Shown in pieces: positions 24,192 to 37,920 of a DNA stretch of 64,000 bases. The stretch's first letter is position 1; the number at the start of each line of letters is the position of its first letter. Position numbers and translations under genes: made by a program. Below the pieces are notes generated by a model. The model worked only from the letters and a program-made list of their open reading frames with translations, searched no databases and was not told the DNA's origin. The DNA is from Hypanus sabinus (taxonomy: Eukaryota), in the NCBI RefSeq assembly GCF_030144855.1, contig NC_082731.1, positions 25,296,001 to 25,360,000 of the forward strand, read 5' to 3'.

Positions 24192-24230
24192 CACAGTGAT
24201 AGACAGGAGGAAGCGGGATGTGCACAAACC
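24192..24230 (+). other. 23-RSS of the supporting V
   Basis: CACAGTG + 23 nt + GCACAAACC. Confidence 0.9.
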
Positions 24231-24385
24231 TCAAAGTGGTGGATTACACAGTGCTTCAGAAGACGAAAGGAACTGTTCAAAAACGTGCAAATGCCAAGAC
24301 CACAGAGAAGAGACCGAGAATTCTGCACCAGACTCTCAGGTTCGCAAAGACGCAAAGTTAAATCTTATGTACAATGTCCTGTGTA

Positions 24386-24973
24386 TGTTACTCAAAATGG
24401 CTTCTTTGGTTCGTTAAGGGTAGGAATGCTTCTTTGTCTGATAAGTGTATCTCTCGAAGTTGTTTACCTTTAGACTTGCTGATATGGGGATTGTATTCAT
24501 TTGTTAACCAATGGGGAATGTTATTTTGACTTGTGAGGCTGTGAAATTCGCGGTCTTTTGAGGAGAATCGAGAGGAAGACGCCGAGGAAGGTGGACTTGC
24601 GCTGCACTGCTTGGTTGACCTCCGGGGGTGGTCCCAGGTGCGAAGACGTGGAGGTCGGAGGCAAGCGACGAGGGTTCGAATGGTTCGATGGTTGAGCTCC
24701 AACGATGTGCACTAAACTGACTGAACTTTGATGTTGGCGCCTTTTGTTTTTTTTTTCTTTCCTTTTATATATATTGTATTGCCTAGTACTCTCTTAGTTT
24801 TAGTAAACTCTAAAGTGTATTTCATAACGGTATCTGGTGTGAATTTGATACTGTGTGCGGGCGCGAGGCATAAACTTGATTAACACAGCACCTGCGTGTA
24901 CGGGAGGTGGGGTTGGTGTGTGGCTGGATCTCCTTTTCCCCTAGATATACCAGCCTGTAGTGTAAGTGTTACA
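24386..24973. mobile_element. Probable solo LTR
   Basis: TG...CA termini (TGTTAC...GTTACA), GC-rich core; no matching TSD found. Confidence 0.45.
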
Positions 24974-26699
24974 CTTAGCATTCCATTTTCATATTCAATA
25001 GTTTCTGCGTCATCACCCAAAGGGAAAACTAGCTTCCAATTAAATGCCGACACTTCTGGCGTCCTCCGATTCAGAATCACTCCTCCGTCAGCCTCGACTA
25101 GAACAAATATATGGTGACGAACTTTCCTACCATGATGACAGACGGGATTTAAAAAAAAAATAATCCTTAACTTTAACTGACATCTTTATTGCGTTACGTA
25201 CAAAAAATACAAACAAACAAACAAACAGACTGGGCACCATGACACGAAAAAAATAGATCTCATTCATTCACATATATACAGCAGAGAGACGATTAACAAC
25301 ACCAGTTAGAGTCAGCATGCCCAACGAATCCAGAAGCGAATACTGGTAACTCAGGCCGATATGTAGCAATAAACATCCTAGAGTGTGTATCGGAAATGTA
25401 TTAAGGAATATTCGTTTAGGACAATTCTGATAAATTTAATTTTAAGAGCAAATGATCAAAATTTAAAGGTCAACTTAGTCCCTTATTTTGCTTCTCTATG
25501 AGATGATCGATCCGATGCATGTTACTCTCTCCTTTGATTCTTCTGTGTGGAACGATTCCTTGAATAATTTGAAGACAATTTTGTACCTTTTCCTGAAAAT
25601 TATTATGCAAACGTAACCGGGAACATTGTAATCGGGTTTTGAAATGATATTGAAATAATTTCAATTTGGATACAGCGGGCTTAATAACTACAGAGCCTCA
25701 GACCTTTTCCACATTCTAAATTTGGCATGAATCACATGGGAACATTCTATAATGAGATGCTACTGGTAAGAAATCAAAACTAATGTAACTGGTTTATTTA
25801 TTTTCCAAATATATTGACAGTGTATTTGAGCGCCTGATGAAGTTCGTTCCTGAAAATCCTATGATTCATGCTATAAATAACCGTGCCATTTCATTTTTCT
25901 TCTTTTGGTGGTCGGAAGCTGATGAACAAACGCACCCTTAGAAAAACTGACAAGGTGTTTCCCCAAAAGCTACGCAAAATAATTTAAGATTTTAACAGCA
26001 AATGAAATGTCGTTGACATGAATAAAATGATGAACTTATAATACTATTGGAGCTAGGAAAGGATCAAAACGATGGAGAATCTGCCGTTCGCCATCTGAAG
26101 CAAAGTAAAACAAAAAATCTCAGACGGGGCAGCACACTGCGGACACTTCGTCAGAGGCTGCTGTGCCAACTAGTTTAGAAAAACTACACTAATTGTCCTA
26201 ACATTCTGTCGTGGAAAGACAATATTTTATGTCTATGCAATAGTATTTCAAAAATATATCCTCATGAACCTTTTACCATCTCCGGCCTTACAGACACCAA
26301 CCATTCTCTTCGTAAAAAAAAAAAACACTATCTCTGATATCTGTGATACACACATTTACACGTTGTCGAATAGGGTTGCATTTCAATCTAGAGAATGTCC
26401 TTTTTTTCTGAGGTTAAGTACCTCTGAAGCTCCACGTTCCCCCTGCAGGATGTATCCTCCGAATGTCCACTGTACTCATTCCTCATTATGTACATAATGT
26501 TACAATGAGATGGGTATTATTTTTTCTACTCCATAGAGCCAAAAAACTGTCCAACTACGATAACTGTTTCATCCCGACGCTCTGTGTCTACTTTTCCGTC
26601 TTCAAAACCAATACTCCCTTCTTTTGGACAAAGGGCACAAAACTTCCAGAATTCTAAATATATTCCGTTTTACCCCTTTTAAATAAATAGAACTGCATC

Positions 26700-26977
26700 C
26701 CTGCTATAAAATGTCATTCCTGACAATTGAATTTCCATTATTTGGCACTGACTCAATCCTGAAGTTAATCGTAACGGAATCAAGCACGAGGACTATAAAG
26801 TTTGCGTATACCTTAGTTTTCCGAAATCTTTCCCAATTTGGAATACAGTCAACCGCTCTGTTTCTACGATTAAGTTACAGTTCCATAACGCCTGTTACAT
26901 CTGCCACTTATTTGTCTATGTTCGTAACTTGTCCTAGCTACTGTGAATGATCCTTGCCGCCTGCGTCATCAGTAGTA
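26700..26977 (+). pseudogene. Possible decayed TCR V with degenerate 23-RSS
   Basis: Frameshifted C..W spacing, FR3-like NRSVST / SSITPVTSATYL; TACTGTG-23-TCAGTAGTA whose spacer (AATGA..CTTGCC) resembles that of the 49.5 kb V. Confidence 0.35.
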
Positions 26978-27827
26978 CCTAACATCACACGCATGTTTGT
27001 GTAATAAGCAAATTTGGAAAAAAAAAGACAACTATTCTGTCCTGAAAAGGAGCCGACCAAACAGCGACTCGTACTGAACAGCACTAGTCATATATCAAGC
27101 GAAATTAAATCTCGCCTTTCCCTTTAGTCAGCTAGTAAATCTTCTATTAACGCTATCCCATTTTCTATAATGCTGGGGATTTCCAACTTGATTGTAAGCT
27201 CTTGTGCTCTTCCTTGTTTAATGTGCCTGCTACTTTTTCTGTGTGTCTTGTTACTTACTTAATTATTGCTGCGTTCCCGTCCTCCCTTTAACATCAAACT
27301 TGGCATGCTCCTCTATGATGCATTTGTAGATAAATTTAATGATCGCGTATTCTCAATATCCGGTTGTCCATCTCAAATTCCTGGGTGAATGTTATGATAT
27401 CGTTATCCCCGCCTACTAATGGTTTCTTCATCTTAGATTTCTTCATTAATTCCACGTTACTTCAACGAAATCAAACCAGGATATTATTTTTTCCCCAGCC
27501 GTCAAGATCATATTGAATGTAATACACATTAGGAAAATATTTCTAGTTACTTTTAATTAACTGCAATAATTATAACATATTATGAACAACAAATCAAATA
27601 CGTTAATTTACTTGAATGACCTTAATCAAATTTTGTTATTTCCGAAATACCAAATCTAGAGGGAAGGAATACTGCAGTTGCTGGAACTTTTATGCAGCAC
27701 AAACAGAAATTGCACCGGAAAGTAGGCAACACGAATGAAAGCGAATTGAACGTCTACAACTGATGAAGATCTGTGCAGTGATATGTGTAAATTATGTTTT
27801 ACTTCCTAAGAATCAATTTCCTGCCAG

Positions 27828-27980
27828 CATTTCTATCCCATTTGAGGTGCGAAAGGACTTGGGGAAATATACGGAACGCAGAGCTCATTAATGTATCCTG
27901 TCCTTATCGAACTATTCTTGATTATTCACCACATGCGAGGCAGTTTGCTCATAATCTCCGTAGGGGAAACAAAAACAGCT
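27828..27980 (+). pseudogene. Possible 5' fragment of a TCR V relic
   Basis: AELINVSCPYRTILDYSPHARQFAH aligns with GEMVTVNCAYSTTRLDYYVHWYRQSAQ of the 49.2 kb V; Trp lost, no 3' half. Confidence 0.35.
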
Positions 27981-29560
27981 GCTGAAGTTTCATTTCACTG
28001 AAAAGAATCCTTGACGGCAGGTCACGGACAGACTGGGGAAAATGCAGAAGGAAAATGTTGCATTACCTAACGGGCATTTCCAGAACATGAGATTAATTTT
28101 GTTTCCCAAAATATCAAGAACTGAAAACAATCTTAAATTTAGTACAAATTCCTTGTCCAGTTGACGAATTTCTCCACATTGTTAACTCAAAGCAGGTGTC
28201 CGGACCAGTGTTAATCATTTTCATCACTTTTTCTCAAATAGCGACATTGATAAAAGGAAACTATATCAATTGTTGCAGTCATGGAAAATTGCGACTTACC
28301 CAACCGTACCATGTTAGTTATATAGTTATTTGCATAGAAAACAAAACGTGATACAACACTGAGCGGAATTAAGCTACATCAAGAGTACTCAGCCAACCCA
28401 TCATGGAAGATCTTGCATCCCACTCTACTCCGTACATATGCCTTGTTGCAATGCATTTTGACTCCTTGACAAATCAGAAACGATCAACCCCCACCGTAAA
28501 TGTACTTAGCTTCCACTGCAGTCTGTGCAATTAGTTTTTATTTTCTGAACGGTCGACCCAGAAATGTCGCGCCTTTCATTTCTTCTAAAATGTCGTCCTT
28601 CAGCTGTGAGACCGTACCCTCTAGTTACGGATAGCCATAGGACACCATTGGAAACATCCTCCTCATATCCACTCTTTCTGCTCCTATCAACATTGCAAGA
28701 TTTCAATGAGAACTCCCCGCATCCTTCTAAAATTTAGTGAGCGTAGGTTCAAAGTTGCCAAACGCTCCTCATGGGTTAATTCGTCTGCCTCCATTGGACT
28801 CTCCCCAAGGACGACATATCCTCTCTGAGAATGCATCCAAAACTGCTGACAATATTCTGTGTAGCCTGACGAATGTCTTGTAAGAGTTCAGCATTTTCGC
28901 AGTGTTTTGTTTTATTTTCTACTCCCATTAAAATAAATTACAACATTGCATTCGTCTTCATTACCACAGATACAACTTGCAAATCAATCTTCTGGGATCC
29001 CTGATCAGATTCAACTCTATTCTAATTACGGTACAGTTCATAATGATTGCTACTGACTGGTAGGCAGTTGGACTGTGGCAGAAACCGGAACACGCTGTGG
29101 AATACTCCGACCACATGCAAGATAAAATACTATCAGGCTAGAAGAGGACGGCTTAATTTTTCTTCGACCTCTGGCTCTCCGAGCTTGTGCGATGTTTTTC
29201 TACCTCTTCCCGTATTGTGTGAGGTCTGGTGAGAATTAATGAACGCCTTACAGTTGCATGCCGCTGATTCATAAGTTTTTCTCTCTACCAGCATTTAGCC
29301 TGGTTCTTGCTTGAATGAAACATTAGAATGTAATCGACCGTTTGAGAGGCGGCAAAGTTCTCCGACGTTAAATTATTGAATACTGGAATAGCCATTTTTC
29401 TGTGACTGCAGGTGATACAGTGGTACATACCCTGCTTGTTTAGTGGCTATTATTTGACTATCACCGCGCTGCGCCCTGGGATTGTTTCACTGCAATAAAT
29501 GTACTTTTTTTCGATTCCTTAAAATTCAGCCCAACAATTAATGTTTACTGACCAATGTTC

Positions 29561-32500
29561 AATTCTAGGTCAATATCGAAACTTCTGGTATCTGCTTAAC
29601 ATGCACATTCTTCCTTCACTTTGTTGCAGATTAACATGAATGATCAATTGATGTTTGGACACGAATGAAATCAGGGATTATTTGGAAGCAGTAGCAGCTT
29701 CATCACATTCCCTAAAAGAACATGAGTTGTGACGACAACGTGTTTGACTCTTCTATTTGCACCATCTCAGACGCAAATAGAATTTGCGAATTGAAGTAAT
29801 GACTCGCTTGCAGTTGTGTTTTTTTTAGTCCAATGTACAGCTATCACAGTTCACGTCACGATCTCTTTGGAATTGCCAGAAAACATAAATATAATTGATG
29901 ACAACGAAGCAAGAAACTACACTCAAAACTCAGAAGCGACTGTAAGCTATCCACTACCGTCTTTATAATTTTACTTCTACTTTCAGTTTGAGCTCGAATC
30001 ATGCACTACTAAATACTGTACAACAGACGCCTGAGGAAAGAACTCGAGTTCCATCTGGGCAATTTTCTACCTTTCAGAGGCAACGACTAATACGGATCTT
30101 TATCTAACTCACCGTTCTTTACTTTCTTTCTTGATCTTCCCTGCCCTATTGGAACGGCACCTGTGTTGGGTGATGTGCAGCAGTGTATTTGCTGTCGATG
30201 TCTGTCATGCTAAATCCACGGTGCGATATTGAACACCTTAAGGCTGAGGATCGGAAACGAACTCTGCAGATTCGAAATATATGAAGCCTGTATGCAATGC
30301 TTCGTTGTGAAAAATGCGTATTTTCAATTCCACTCGCTATCACTTTGAAGTCAAGAGTTCAGTACGAAATAAACAAAACAACACGCCAAAGCTTCATCCT
30401 ATCCCTGTCCATCGGTTGATTCGATTATTTTGCCTCCTATGTTACTTGACGATGTTCCTCTCCATCTTAAGTACGGGTATAACGAAGGAAATACTTCTTC
30501 TCTCTTTTCCTAGGAACTGACGGAAAACTCTCGTGGTGTTAGTATTCGGAGGTTTAAGAGATTAACATAAGTATTGTTGGCATTGCCGTTTAATGCTACT
30601 GTTTATTGACTTCCTTTGTTTTTTTTAAATTTATTAATTTATCTATGTTATGTTTGCTTGAAAGCTTATATCTATGACTTAAGTTGCTCTTTCTTGCTTA
30701 TCGGGTAATACAATATCTGCCTGGCTATTATGAATTATCATATCGGTAAAGGAGGAATACATCCCTGCTTTAGCACTCCTTTACCCTACTAACATGCAAG
30801 TCACATTTCAGCAGGTTTTTCGCATTCTGAGCGCACGCAAAGTGTCACGTAAAACAATAGATGCCGGTGGTCGTGTTCGTTTGAGCAGCTGGTGCATATC
30901 AAAGTTCTTGGCTATGTGACATCTGAGGTCATGAAGACATTTGCAGAGTAAAATTCATTTTGGCTGGGGTCTCCCGTATTCCAAAGAAACTGCTCAGAAG
31001 AATGCAATGACAAACCACTTCTGAGGAAAGCTTGTCAAGATCAATCCTGAGCTTGAGACCATGATCAGAAAGAAGATATTCGTGACGATACACCTAGAAA
31101 TAGGTTTATCAGGGTATAATTTACAGAAGTCTAGCTGTAAAACTCGATAAGTCTTGTATCTGGAGTAAGATATGGTCTTTTTAATTAGATTGTATTTTCA
31201 ATCAAGGTTAAGATGAATGATGCTTCACACTGGTCTCTCCCTGAGTACGCAATCGGTGGTGTTTAGATTCCTTCGGGATACTGTAACGTTGGGTATGCTT
31301 TTTAGTTTCTCCTGGCATTTTCTGCATTTAACATCTTGTATTTGTTTATCATTTATAATGCATTTTGATATATTTTGAGTTAATAGGCTTGTCATGTTTT
31401 GCCATAAGGATCCACTGTGTATCTTAGTAGAGGCCTCAGATTTTGCACCATGCGTTTGAGGAATTCCTGTCGATAACTAGTCTGATCGGATCGCCATTCG
31501 TTGAGAATATATCCTTACAATATTTATCACACCGTTGTGTATATTTTTTTAAATATATTATATCGCTCTTCGTACTTCTGGATTAAATGGGTCGATTTCA
31601 CAAGGTGTTCTTATTTTTCATTTAAATTTCAAAGTCGGTATCATACCAAAATATTCTGCCAAAAGAACACATTGATAGAACTGGAGCAAAGCTGTAAATT
31701 GTTTTATGGTGCTCCCAATGCAGAGTGTTACCTCTCAGTTTTTCTTGAGATTATTCTGATTATTCTGTCTAAAGTTTTCCTTTTATCGTGTCATGATCTA
31801 TTTTCTTTGTTTGTTATCCGAGATAAGATTCTTATGCTTCATTTCCATCCAACAGTTCTATTGCATCCTGTTGCTTTATTTTATGTTCTACTCGTTCTAC
31901 TGCACATTCGCATCTAATATTGTTCACCTAACCTTACAAAGTTCTTGTTCCTATAACCAAAAATATTCTTATTATTTGAATTTATTGCTTCAGCAATACT
32001 GGTGAATGAAATGTATGACTTTATATCGTACATCTTCAGAAGTTGTATGAAATTCCAAAATAATTCATTTTGTTATCTCTGATTTGATGCACTATTTTTG
32101 TTTAATCAGTAAATTAGAGAGCGTGCATAAAGCAATACAGAGTCATAGTTGCCTTTGACATTCGCCCTGCAAAAATGGTTCGGATATTGTAATTATGTTG
32201 TTGTGTTTTTTCGGTTGAAAGTATTATTGCCGTGCAAGTTTTAATTTTTGCAGTTTTCCATTTTTTTTTTAGTTTCTCTAATTATTTCCGTAGTTAGCAT
32301 ATTGTTGAGAGTATCAACATCTGTTATTTTTTTGCCAATAATGATCGACTGTTTTCATTGGGCATATAACGTCTGTAATGTCGGCACAATGCCCAGGTAT
32401 TCTGTTCGTGTGGTGTTAGATATCAGCATAATTTTGTCTGTAAGTCAGTTTTGACATCAGCATTCTGTGAAAACTCTCCGTCTGTGTTTTTTCAGTTACG

Positions 32501-35105
32501 GTCTGATGTGCAGCAATTTCTTATGTAATTGAACTTCGGTCAACTATTAGGGAGGTGATATGTTATTAATTTCTTGTATAGCATTGTTGCAGTCTTTAGA
32601 TTGGTTTCATCCTCAGTATTGTGCTAATTCATGTTTTTGGTTGTTTAAACATTCCTTTAGAGAAGGAACGATTGGAAGCAAAATGAAAAATGTTGAAAAA
32701 TGACTTCACAACTACACCCAGACAGCCACACGTCGTCAGGAAAAACAGAATACAGCTCATCGACGACAGAAAGATATTGGAGTTCGATGAACAGGTCCTC
32801 ATTTGGGGATCCACGCGGGAATGCTTTAGTGGGCATTAGGTTCCGTTTTGTCAACATTTTCCATGACAAGAACTAGACAGTAAATACAATTTCCCAGGTC
32901 CGCTTCTCTACTTTCTCAAAAGTGTCCGTAAATTTGGATGCAAACTAAAATTTCACAGATTTCAAATTCAAAACAAAGTAGCAGATCCTACACTAATGCG
33001 TCACAGCCTATTACGATAAACTCGCAGCAAATGGCCAGGTAAAAAAAAATGCAGAAAATGATAGATACAACCCGATCTTTCACAGGCAAAAGTCCCCTCC
33101 ATTATGTTACATGGAACGTTTGCAAAATAAAGCAACATACATAATCAACCACCCATTCTACCCAAGTCATGGTGTCTTCTCCAGTTATGCTAACACAATG
33201 AATTTTGAAGCTTAATTTTCACACGGCCGGTTTCAGGACACAGATATTATCCTAAAGTTTCCGGATACTGATTCATCGTGGTTGAATGCACTGAGCTGAT
33301 TTACGAACTGATTCTACAAACTACAGACTGGCTTTCAAGCACTATTGTTCCTCTTTTTTTGTAATTTGCACAAGTTCTTTTGCACGATGTTTATTTGTCA
33401 TTCAGTGTTTATGTATCTTATCAGTACGTTCGTTTGTATTTATGTAATTTCGTGTAAATGCGTTTAAGAAAAAGTAACTCAAGTTAGTACAACGCAATAT
33501 TCGTATCTGACAATATACTCATTTACTTTGAGGGCAGGGATGCATACCTATTCCCTGGTAAGTTTAGTGGAAACGTTCCATAGCATTATAGGCATTAATG
33601 AAATCAAAACAAAAATCATAATCTAATCTAGTTTAATTATCATGCAGCTGGAAGAGACAACATCCTTTTGCCGTCAAGTTGCAAAACCTTCACAAATTTT
33701 AAAAATAGCAATATTACATGTACCAAAACACCAATCGCGCGAGCGGTCAAGGTCAAGCCGAACTTGGACAGCACAGTGTGGCTCTTCTCCAACTGTCACC
33801 AACTGTGGCAGTCTCAGGCCACCCCGAGGGTACACAGCTCCCATGTCAACGGTCGCTACACGAAACAAGGGTAGCAGGTGTGCGACAAATTATATTATCA
33901 ATCTCCAGCAGGGACTTGTGAACACAAGTGAAAAATTTGAGATAATGTCATTGGCTATACTGCACGAATGTCAATGCGTCCGAGAAGCTGGGAGCAACAG
34001 GTTGTGTAGCCAAGTCACCTGATCCGTACATAATCGTCATCTGAACATCGTTCGATCACTGGGCCGGCTGCGCCTCACATAGCAGTCGAAATAGACCAAT
34101 AATCGAGCAGCTCACTGACGAAGTAGCTCTGCAAAACCAATATTCTTTCAATACGATTGTCTTCTGATTGAAATTAACATTTTGTACAATGAAGGATCCA
34201 TTGGATGGTCCCTGAGAATCCGCTATATTTGGACGTGCCGTTATCTTATAAAAAATTACGTTGTGGAGGCTAACTGCTAAAGAGTCGGATGAAATAATGG
34301 TAGAAGAAAGCAACGTGCTAGTAGGAGAAGGGGACTATGGAGAGGTCATAAATATATACCTTCCGGCACTACTTATAGATGAAACAATTGTGGCTGATGA
34401 TGAAATCAGTGTGAAGAACACGCTAATAGACTGGGTCGGTTAAATAACATTAAAGAAGGTAAGTCCCAAGGCATGATGAAGCATAGTCCAAGTATTTCAG
34501 ACAAAATTGGCGTAAGGCTGTTGGGAGACAGACCATCAATTTCCTGTACCGACAGTTCCTATAAAAAGTCTTCCCCTCTCTTGGAGGTATTCATTTTTAA
34601 TTTCTCTACAACATTGAACCAAAGATCATTTAATTCTGCTTTTTGGAAACTCGTTAACAGAAAGTGACTTTTTCGTATCGACGCAGAAAAAAGCTCTACA
34701 AAATTAACTGAATTAATTTCAAATATAAAGATATTCATCGCATATATGGCAAATCAAATAATCACAGATGGAGCCAATTGAATTTAGAAATCACATAATT
34801 ATTTAATGGACGTCTGTGTCCTTTCAAGATGTTTGAATTGTCGTTTGCAAGAATACAATTGTAACTGGAAGGTTCAGCTGCTGGTGAGTCAGTCACCTGG
34901 CAAAGTATACACAAGAAAGCGAAAGACGCATTCGAAACAAATCAGCAGAAAGAAGGTTAAAAAGCTCAAATTAAGAGATGCTTACAAGAATATTTCCAAT
35001 TCACTGAACATCACTTGAATTTAGTGTTTGTCAATCAGTAAAAATGGAAATAATCTGGCGTCACTGCAACTCTTTATCAGTGCAGGCCGTTGTCAAATAT
35101 AAGCG
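29561..35105 (+). repeat. Old segmental duplication, copy 2 (paralogous to 1-6020)
   Basis: Colinear diverged similarity; lacks the two LINE-tail insertions of copy 1. Confidence 0.9.
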
Positions 35106-35109
35106 AAGA

Positions 35110-36046
35110 TGTAAGAAAATGGCTAATGAGGGAAGCCAGTAAGAAGCATATGAAAACAACTGAGGAGTTGTCATAGCTTCAGTGGCTGAGATGGCGACAT
35201 ACAACATCTGATGTACGGGTGTGTCACCCATCACAACTTTATGGCGAGTGGCAAAGAGAAATCTACGGTTGAATAAATATTCAGCAAGGCATATGGGCGA
35301 CTCCGAGGTCAGACGTAACGGGGCTCTATTCATTGTTGAAACGGAAATGTATCTTCTTGGCTAATTCTTGTTTAAATCTATTTAAGCGCTGTGTTTGTCG
35401 CAAGCGTAACACCACGCATCATCAAAAAACAAACATTCAAACCATGAAGCAAAATACAGGGCCCTCCTTGATGAAAACCAGATGCTCTCTGTAAAAAAAA
35501 AACCTGCGAGTTTTCAGAAGATATCTATTCCACCAAGACAATGACCCCAAGCATAAATCCAAAATTCCGCAGCAGTGGCTTACAAAACAACAAAGTTAAT
35601 GTCCTGTGGTTTGCAAGTCTTTGTGTATACCTCAATCCAACTGAAAATTTGTTGCGGACTTGAAAATGGCTGCTCAGTCAACATCCTCATGAAATCTGAC
35701 AGGGCTGCAGCAGATTTTAAAGAGAATGAGGAAATGATTGATGTGCCCAGATGGATCAAGCTGATAGAGATCTATAACACAGGCTCAGGGCTAATATCTG
35801 CTGAAGGAGTATCAACTACTTTCTGACTTGAACGTGGTGAATAGTTGTGCAATGAGTTACTTAGAGCTTTATGTTTGTAATTCATTTAGATCACTTTGCA
35901 GATATTTGTTTTCCCTTTTTCACAGGGAATCCTTCTTTGTGAATCCTTTTCAGGAAAACTATATTCAAACAACTGTGATTCAATATTGTAAATGAATAAA
36001 ACATGAAAACTTCCAATTTAGTGAATACCTTTTAAAGGAACTGTGT
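35110..36046 (+). mobile_element. Decayed Tc1/mariner transposon
   Basis: FHQDNDPKHKSK and LNP.ENL motifs at 35535-35660; Tc1-like terminal sequence near 36020-36046. Confidence 0.75.
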
Positions 36047-36991
36047 ACCTAGACGTGCACACACAATATATATAAACGAATATACCTTTTGAAACGGCTG
36101 TTAGTTTTACTTGTTGTTGTTCTGGACATTTGTCGCAGCTTTATTAATATCTACGTTGTCCGTTTTGGAGGTTTCTACAGAATTATCATTGCATTTATTT
36201 GTAGTTTATGAGCCGCCAGGTCATGCTACAGCTGTGTAAAACAGCGGGTAAACTACAATCGTAAAATTGCTTTCAATTCTGGGCTGCTGATTGTAGGAAG
36301 GATGTAGAAACCACAGAGACGGTGCAGAGGAGATATACAAAGAAGCTGCGTGGAATACAATGCATCTGTTAGGAGGGTATGTTGAGTGAACTCGAGCTTT
36401 GTTCTTGAGAGCGGAGAGAAAGAAGAGATTACTTCAAAAAGATGTACAATATTATAATAAGCATGAATCGAGTTTACAAACAGATGGATTATTTTCCCGG
36501 GTACAAACGGTAGAGTTAAAATGAACTCGACGATTTAAAATACTAGTGACCGAGTTCAATTCCTGCCGCTGATTATAAGGAATTTGTGCCATCACTCCGA
36601 CCGGCGGAGGTTTCCTTCCACCCGTCCAAGTTCTTACCTGTTGGTCATTGGTTTACTTGGTTTAATTTGTCATTGTAAATTGTCATTTCTCCCTTTATGT
36701 TATGAAAGGTTCCGTAAGACGAGGCATTATATGGTAATCAATACCTGCTGGAGAACATTCAAATGCTGAATGTAGAAGCCCAAATAAGCCAGAAAACGAA
36801 TTTTCTCAGTTATTGGACAGATATGAAGTCCTTCACTCTGTAACACGCTATCGAAAGAACTTATTTTATAGGTTGGTTCTATTTTAAACGTTTATTTTTG
36901 TTTCTCTTTTTGTGCTTGGATTCGCAGAGGATACATATATCGTCGAACCCGTCTGGACTTTAAACAGATAAATTTTTGTTGAAAGACTAAG

Positions 36992-37920
36992 TGTCATGGT
37001 CCGGATCTGTTCCCCTTTAAATTTATCTAGTTTAGGTTATGATCCGTACCGTTGACTCCTTGTTCCCCTTTAATCGCCTGTTTCACGTGTCCCTCGAGCT
37101 TGGGGATTAAGGTTATTGACTGTCGACCGATCCGGCAATTTATAAGCCACTGGCTTCCGCCTATCGGGATGAGAGCGTTAAGGAGCATTAGCAAGGTCAA
37201 CGTACCTACCACGAGCCAATGACGCCCAGTCGGAGCCAAAAACGTTTCGGGCGGGAGTAAGTCAGGTCCTCTCCCGTAGCAAGTGTCAGCTATTCGCCTT
37301 TCCTTGCCAGAGTGGGTCCGGGCCAGTTCACCCGGCAGGGTGAATTAAGTCCTCCCGCAGCTTGGACCAAACTTGGGTCCAGCAGTAGTACCATCCGTTG
37401 TCCTGTCGTCATGTTTCGAACGCAGTAGGTTACTGCTACACGGAAGGACGGTCGTTGGGTGGTCTCCGTATTCATGTCCTGTCTAAAGGCGGTCCCGGCC
37501 CGGTACCCTAGAAGGGTCCTGACCCCGGTGTTTCACGTCCTGTGTCTGCGTCTGTCCCTGTTCCATGCCTGGTATTCAAAGGCGGAGTCCCGGCTGAGTG
37601 TTTCATGTCCTGCGTTTGAGGTTGCGGTGATCAAATGCCCAAGTCTAAAGTGTCCAAGTTCTTGCTGCGGCAATCCAAGTCCGAAGAACCGGCTGCTGGC
37701 CTCGGCGGTCCAAGTGTCCAAGCCCTGGCCGCGGCGTTCCGAGTATCCAAGCACTGGACGCGGTGCCCCGTGTTCCTCGAAGTCCACGTGTCCAAGCTCT
37801 GTGTTCCTCCAAGACTCCTTGTGTAGAGTAATAAACTCTATTTTAGTTAACCTTATGAAACCGTGTTGTTTCTTGCATCTGGGTCCTCCTGTAGCACTCG
37901 TGCCCCACGGCACTGGGATA
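36992..37920. mobile_element. Solo LTR with 5 bp target-site duplication CTAAG
   Basis: Begins TGTCATGG, internal AATAAA and short CCAAGT repeats; CTAAG at 36987-36991 and 37921-37925. Confidence 0.75.
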
